64,000 bases of DNA from Candidatus Omnitrophota bacterium (GTDB lineage: Bacteria; Omnitrophota; Gorgyraeia; Gygaellales; Profunditerraquicolaceae). Below the pieces are notes generated by a model. That model saw nothing but the letters and a program-made list of their open reading frames with translations. It was not told the DNA's origin and made no database searches. Below, piece by piece: positions 60,189 through 64,000 of the stretch; the stretch's first letter is position 1, and each line of letters opens with the position of its first letter. Location of the stretch: assembly GCA_043813305.1 (NCBI GenBank), contig JBDRLC010000042.1, positions 666 to 64,665 of the forward strand. The letters run 5' to 3'. A program made the translations under genes and the position numbers.

Positions 60189-61496
60189 CTACCTTTTGAT
60201 CATTGACATAAGCATAGTCACAGTAATTAAAGAAAAAGACACTACTAAAAAGGCCACGGCTAAGCTTATATTTCTGGTTTTCTCCTTGTCAATCTCATCC
60301 TGTGTGGTGATGCGTGAAATTGCTCCCAGTACAGGAGAATTCAATGAGTTCTTTGCATCTTCGATATCGAGGAATGAATGATCGAGGAATTCCCTCCCGA
60401 AAACCAATCCTGTTCCGGCGGCTCCACCGAGGAATAGACCCATGACAATAAGATTAAATTTATTCGGTTTTGTCGGTTTTAAAGGTAGGCGCGGCGGTTC
60501 GATAACTGTATAGCGCGTGCCTTCTTTGGAAGCCTCCAGCCGCTGGGTAATCTTAGCGGTCTCAAGACGCTGTAGTAACATCTGGTATATTCTTTTATTG
60601 ACATTTATGTCTCTTGCTGAAGATACCTCGACTTTATCCATTAATAACAACTTGTAGATTGCCCTATTTATATCTTGATCCGACTCACCGGCAAAAACAG
60701 AGGATCCGGGGAAAATACTATCCTCCTCTTCGATGATGCTATCTAATTCCCTCTTCAGTACTCCCCTGGCCGTATCGTCTAACGCAGTCTCTGTTTTAGG
60801 GACTTCAAAATTACCTGATTCTAATTCCTTTTGAGATACTTGCAGTCTTCCCCTGAGATCGATTACCATTGGGTGCTTATCGGTAGAATCCACAAGTAAT
60901 GCTTTCAGCTTCTCTTCAAGTTGATTAATCTCGGATTCTTTTACCTTTCTTTTATAAATCGCTAACTGCTCTTTTATAAAACGTATCGCCACATCCGTCT
61001 CTCTAGTCTGTGATTGCATGTTCTTCTCAATCAAGATTTCGGTTATGGTCTGGGTAATCAATTGAGTCATCTGGGGGTCCCCTCCGATGTAGGAGATCCG
61101 GATAATATTGGGCCTGCGCATAAAAACGTCTATATTGTTTCTTAGATTCGTGATAAACCCTTCGAACTCTAGTTGAGTTGTGATATTTTTTGCCAGATTC
61201 AACTTATTGGTTAACTCAACTAAACTGTTCCAGCCTAAGACAACCTCTCTGATACTTTGGATTCTCTGGGATGCTGTAGTGGAAACAGCGAGGTTTTTGA
61301 TCAGGGGATTGATAATCTTCTCCTCTTCCACCAAGATCGTCGTACTAGATCTATATTTAGGAGGCGTCAGGAAACAGGCCATAATCCCAATCACCAAACC
61401 GGCAAAAATCGGCGCGATGAATAACCATTTTCTGCGAAAGAGTACCCTTAAGATATCTAGGGGGTTGCGAAATTTTGAGAAATCTTGATTTTCCAT
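60189..61496 (-). CDS. Polysaccharide co-polymerase (GumC/Wzz)
   Basis: Two TMs, periplasmic coiled coil, TDKHPMV, IEPPRLP..P, LGAI. Confidence 0.88.
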   Translation of the reverse strand: MENQDFSKFRNPLDILRVLFRRKWLFIAPIFAGLVIGIMACFLTPPKYRSSTTILVEEEKIINPLIKNLAVSTTASQRIQSIREVVLGWNSLVELTNKLNLAKNITTQLEFEGFITNLRNNIDVFMRRPNIIRISYIGGDPQMTQLITQTITEILIEKNMQSQTRETDVAIRFIKEQLAIYKRKVKESEINQLEEKLKALLVDSTDKHPMVIDLRGRLQVSQKELESGNFEVPKTETALDDTARGVLKRELDSIIEEEDSIFPGSSVFAGESDQDINRAIYKLLLMDKVEVSSARDINVNKRIYQMLLQRLETAKITQRLEASKEGTRYTVIEPPRLPLKPTKPNKFNLIVMGLFLGGAAGTGLVFGREFLDHSFLDIEDAKNSLNSPVLGAISRITTQDEIDKEKTRNISLAVAFLVVSFSLITVTMLMSMIKR

Positions 61497-61529
61497 TCTT
61501 AATCTCCTTTTAACTTGCTGAATTAAATC

Positions 61530-62306
61530 TTAACGTAGTGTTTCCGAAGCTCTTTTGCCGCTGGAAACACTCTCTGGACCGGAAGCCGCTATACCTACTG
61601 TTGAGGCTGCCGGGCTGATCACTCTGATTATCTTAGCCATTACTGTTGAAGGCACATAAAGCACATCTCCGGGACGCAAATTGATATTCTTCTTAAGGTT
61701 GCCTGCGTAGAGAATCGAATAAAGGTCTATCTTCTTGACTTCGGGTTCTCCGCTTGCCGTAGGGGTGATGATCTGGCATTTGCGCATGGCTGCGGAGTGA
61801 GTAGGAAGGCCTGCTTCAAATACTGCTTCCCGTACAGGTATATTCTCTGAGCGCATATAGTATTTGCCCGGGGCAGTAACTTCCCCTAAAACATAAAAGA
61901 CCTTGCTCTTAAAATCGATAATCGTCACTGTTACCTGGGGATTATTCACATAAACCGAAAGAACATCGGCAATTTTTACCTCCAGTTCCTGCTTGGTCAT
62001 ACCCTTAACGTCTATATCTCCGACAAACTCATACTGAATCACGCCTTTCTTGTTTATCGGGAATATTCCGGTGAATTCGGGATGACGCATCACGCTGATC
62101 TCAATAATATCATCGGCACCGAGCGTATATGTCATGGGGTCGAAATTGGTTTCACCTGTCTGATTAGTGGTAACCGTGGTTGGCAGCTGAATCTCTATTG
62201 AGTCATTTGTTTCTGTGACCTGCACTTCATCAGATTGCGCTGTAACCTGGCCGCTATAAACCAACAAAATAAAACTCAAAATCAGCAATTTAGTCAATAT
62301 CTTCAT
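61530..62306 (-). CDS. wza: Polysaccharide export (OPX) protein
   Basis: YTLGADD, G.I.....GDI...G.T, YVLGEV..PG, LRPGDVLYVP; signal peptide without lipobox Cys. Confidence 0.85.
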   Translation of the reverse strand: MKILTKLLILSFILLVYSGQVTAQSDEVQVTETNDSIEIQLPTTVTTNQTGETNFDPMTYTLGADDIIEISVMRHPEFTGIFPINKKGVIQYEFVGDIDVKGMTKQELEVKIADVLSVYVNNPQVTVTIIDFKSKVFYVLGEVTAPGKYYMRSENIPVREAVFEAGLPTHSAAMRKCQIITPTASGEPEVKKIDLYSILYAGNLKKNINLRPGDVLYVPSTVMAKIIRVISPAASTVGIAASGPESVSSGKRASETLR

Positions 62307-62505
62307 TTTGTTCCTCCTCCATGATAATAATCGTTTCCTTAAAGCTTTTTAGGGTCTTCAGGTCATCATTATTATAGATGCGCCAGCCCCGCCAATCTCT
62401 TTTGGCAGGCCTGACTTTTTTAGCCTTCTCCCAACGGACTATGGTCCTAGGAGTAACACCGATCCTCTCTGCTACATCCGTTATACTCATTCTTCCGTCA
62501 TTCAC
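62290..62505 (-). CDS. Small MerR/BldC/Xis-like winged HTH protein
   Basis: GTG start after GGAGGG; SITDVAERIGVTPRTIVRWE...RDWRGWRIY; 71 aa with no effector domain. Confidence 0.85.
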   Translation of the reverse strand: MNDGRMSITDVAERIGVTPRTIVRWEKAKKVRPAKRDWRGWRIYNNDDLKTLKSFKETIIIMEEEQNEDID

Positions 62506-62540
62506 TTTAACCCTCCGTGTTTAAAAATTATTCTGATTAT

Positions 62541-62600
62541 ACCTGTCATAGTCTGTCCTAATTCGTCCTAGTTTATCCTGTAAAGTCATGTAACTTCTTA
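62541..62600 (-). repeat. Six degenerate direct repeats with 10-bp period
   Basis: Minus strand TAAGAAGTTA CATGACTTTA CAGGATAAAC TAGGACGAAT TAGGACAGAC TATGACAGGT. Confidence 0.7.
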
Positions 62601-62603
62601 TAC

Positions 62604-62620
62604 AGCAACTTCCATGCCAA
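62604..62620 (-). promoter_or_regulatory. Sigma54 promoter of the EPS operon
   Basis: TTGGCATGGAAGTTGCT, GG-N10-GC. Confidence 0.82.
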
Positions 62621-62917
62621 GTCAAGGGAATTCGCACAAATATACAGCTTTAGTTTATAACAGATTGGAAACAAAGGAGTTGTGATATCGGTATTTTGCA
62701 AAGACTTACTGCTCTGTCCGGAGATTAATCGATAGATGTTGTTTTATATCAACGCTAAAAATGCTTTCTTGTGTGCCTATAAAAGATATTCCATTATAAC
62801 ATTTTGCAATACATTGAGTTACAAGCGTAGTAGATTATTGTAAACAAAGTTCCTAAAGATAACGTTTTCATTTTCTGGTAATTTACTGATTCTGGAGGGG
62901 TATTCGAGGGATACAAA

Positions 62918-63934
62918 TTATAATACGCGATTTATCGCTGAGTCAGAGATGTTCATTTCACGCAAGAATTGCTTAAGTAGGTTGATATCTGTGTTCTTCT
63001 CAATCTGCTCAACCCTTCTCAATGCGTCATTGCGGTCCATCTTTCCGCTTCTGACCATATTGCTAAAACCTATTTCAAGCTTACTTACGCCATAGGCCTT
63101 TCCAGTCAAATAATTGACTAAGGGAACTAGTGCGCAATCGACTCTCCAAGATGTAGCAGAGCCTTCCGGCACTGACCAACCCATCTCTCTTTGAATTGTA
63201 TTTAGGATGGTATTGCGGTCCCATCTGATATAATCATAAAGATGAATATCCTTGAGGTCATGGGGTGAATCTGAACCATACTCCTTCTTCATTTTATTAA
63301 ACAAGTATTTATATTTGAACATATTCACGGCAACCGGAGATATTAATCTCCTCCACTTTGAGGGAGGTTTTCTATGCACCGATAGGCTATGAAAAGGATT
63401 AGTAGATTCATCAGGTGAATCCCCCCAGATTATCAACTTAATCCCTCTCCTCCTGGCAGTATTATAGGAGGCAGACTCAAAACCATATTTACAGGCCTCA
63501 CATGTCTGATCTACAACAAGGTCAGGGCCATATCGTGAGTTGATTATAAATTTCTCGGCTACTATTTTCTTTGTAATTTGGTTTTTTGAGCTTACGCGAA
63601 TCAGGGGTATATCGAGACTCTTTGTGATTGCCTCGAGATTTTTGTTGGCAATTTCTGTCTCAAAATCATTATCATTATGAACAGCTAGTGGCTTGAGATT
63701 AAGAACCTTCTTGGCATAAAAAAGGGCGTATGAACTATCCCTTCCCCCACTTACCGGCACAATGCAGTCATAAGGAGCGTTTTTATCAATAGAACCAGAT
63801 ATCTCCCTACGCAATGCTTCTTCACCTTTGGGAACGAACTCCTTATAATCCCGACAAAGCTGACACAGCCCATTCCCATCCAATTTTATTCCCTTTGCTG
63901 TTTCAGGCATTATACACTTTTTACAACGCTTCAT
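62918..63934 (-). CDS. N-acetyl sugar amidotransferase-like PP-loop protein (WbpG family)
   Basis: MKRCKKC...CQLC, VSGGRDSS, DC, GW motifs. Confidence 0.8.
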   Translation of the reverse strand: MKRCKKCIMPETAKGIKLDGNGLCQLCRDYKEFVPKGEEALRREISGSIDKNAPYDCIVPVSGGRDSSYALFYAKKVLNLKPLAVHNDNDFETEIANKNLEAITKSLDIPLIRVSSKNQITKKIVAEKFIINSRYGPDLVVDQTCEACKYGFESASYNTARRRGIKLIIWGDSPDESTNPFHSLSVHRKPPSKWRRLISPVAVNMFKYKYLFNKMKKEYGSDSPHDLKDIHLYDYIRWDRNTILNTIQREMGWSVPEGSATSWRVDCALVPLVNYLTGKAYGVSKLEIGFSNMVRSGKMDRNDALRRVEQIEKNTDINLLKQFLREMNISDSAINRVL

Positions 63935-63964
63935 TAATTACTCCTTCTTTTGATAATTAGAGAG

Positions 63965-63993
63965 AGTATACCACATACAAATAATATTTACAA
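63965..63993 (-). promoter_or_regulatory. Sigma70-type promoter
   Basis: TTGTAA-17 nt-TATACT with TG extension. Confidence 0.6.
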
Positions 63994-64000
63994 GTAGGGC

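Noticed and set aside
912-61488. Numerous plus-strand ORFs of 60-200 aa
   Set aside because: Antisense shadows of well-supported minus-strand genes with no recognisable motifs.
62290-62505. Prophage excisionase
   Set aside because: No integrase or phage genes; it overlaps wza and leads the EPS operon.

Overview
Bacterial window of roughly 40% GC (visual estimate), almost entirely minus-strand. It holds a PEP-CTERM/exosortase surface-protein system coupled to a large exopolysaccharide (EPS) locus. (i) A run of about 41 kb and 37 genes (62505->21411) starts at a sigma54 promoter. It carries a BldC/MerR-like mini-regulator, Wza/GumC/CpsD, an ExeA-like ATPase, glmM, nucleotide-sugar enzymes, about 11 glycosyltransferase genes, both Wzx/Wzy and Wzm/Wzt export, two radical SAMs, ATP-grasp and AsnB-like ligases, exosortase, EpsI and a beta-helix protein. 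(ii) A sigma54-driven 1424-aa repeat protein has a candidate split His/Cys peptidase and a small partner gene. (iii) A c-di-GMP-I riboswitch, predicted OFF-type, controls a CFI-box-CTERM surface protein, an orphan GspC and a receiver protein. (iv) A sigma54 operon begins with a priming phosphoglycosyltransferase that carries an internal PEP-CTERM motif, followed by three PEP-CTERM proteins. (v) A membrane protein/TPR lipoprotein/GAF kinase/sigma54 activator/PocR operon runs off the left edge. The most unusual items are two 76-aa 'lipobox-Gly/Ser linker-PEP-CTERM' micro-proteins, the PEP-CTERM-embedded priming transferase, and a duplicated beta-helix module with one copy in the EPS operon and one under the riboswitch. 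All calls come from reading motifs by eye; no database searches were run.
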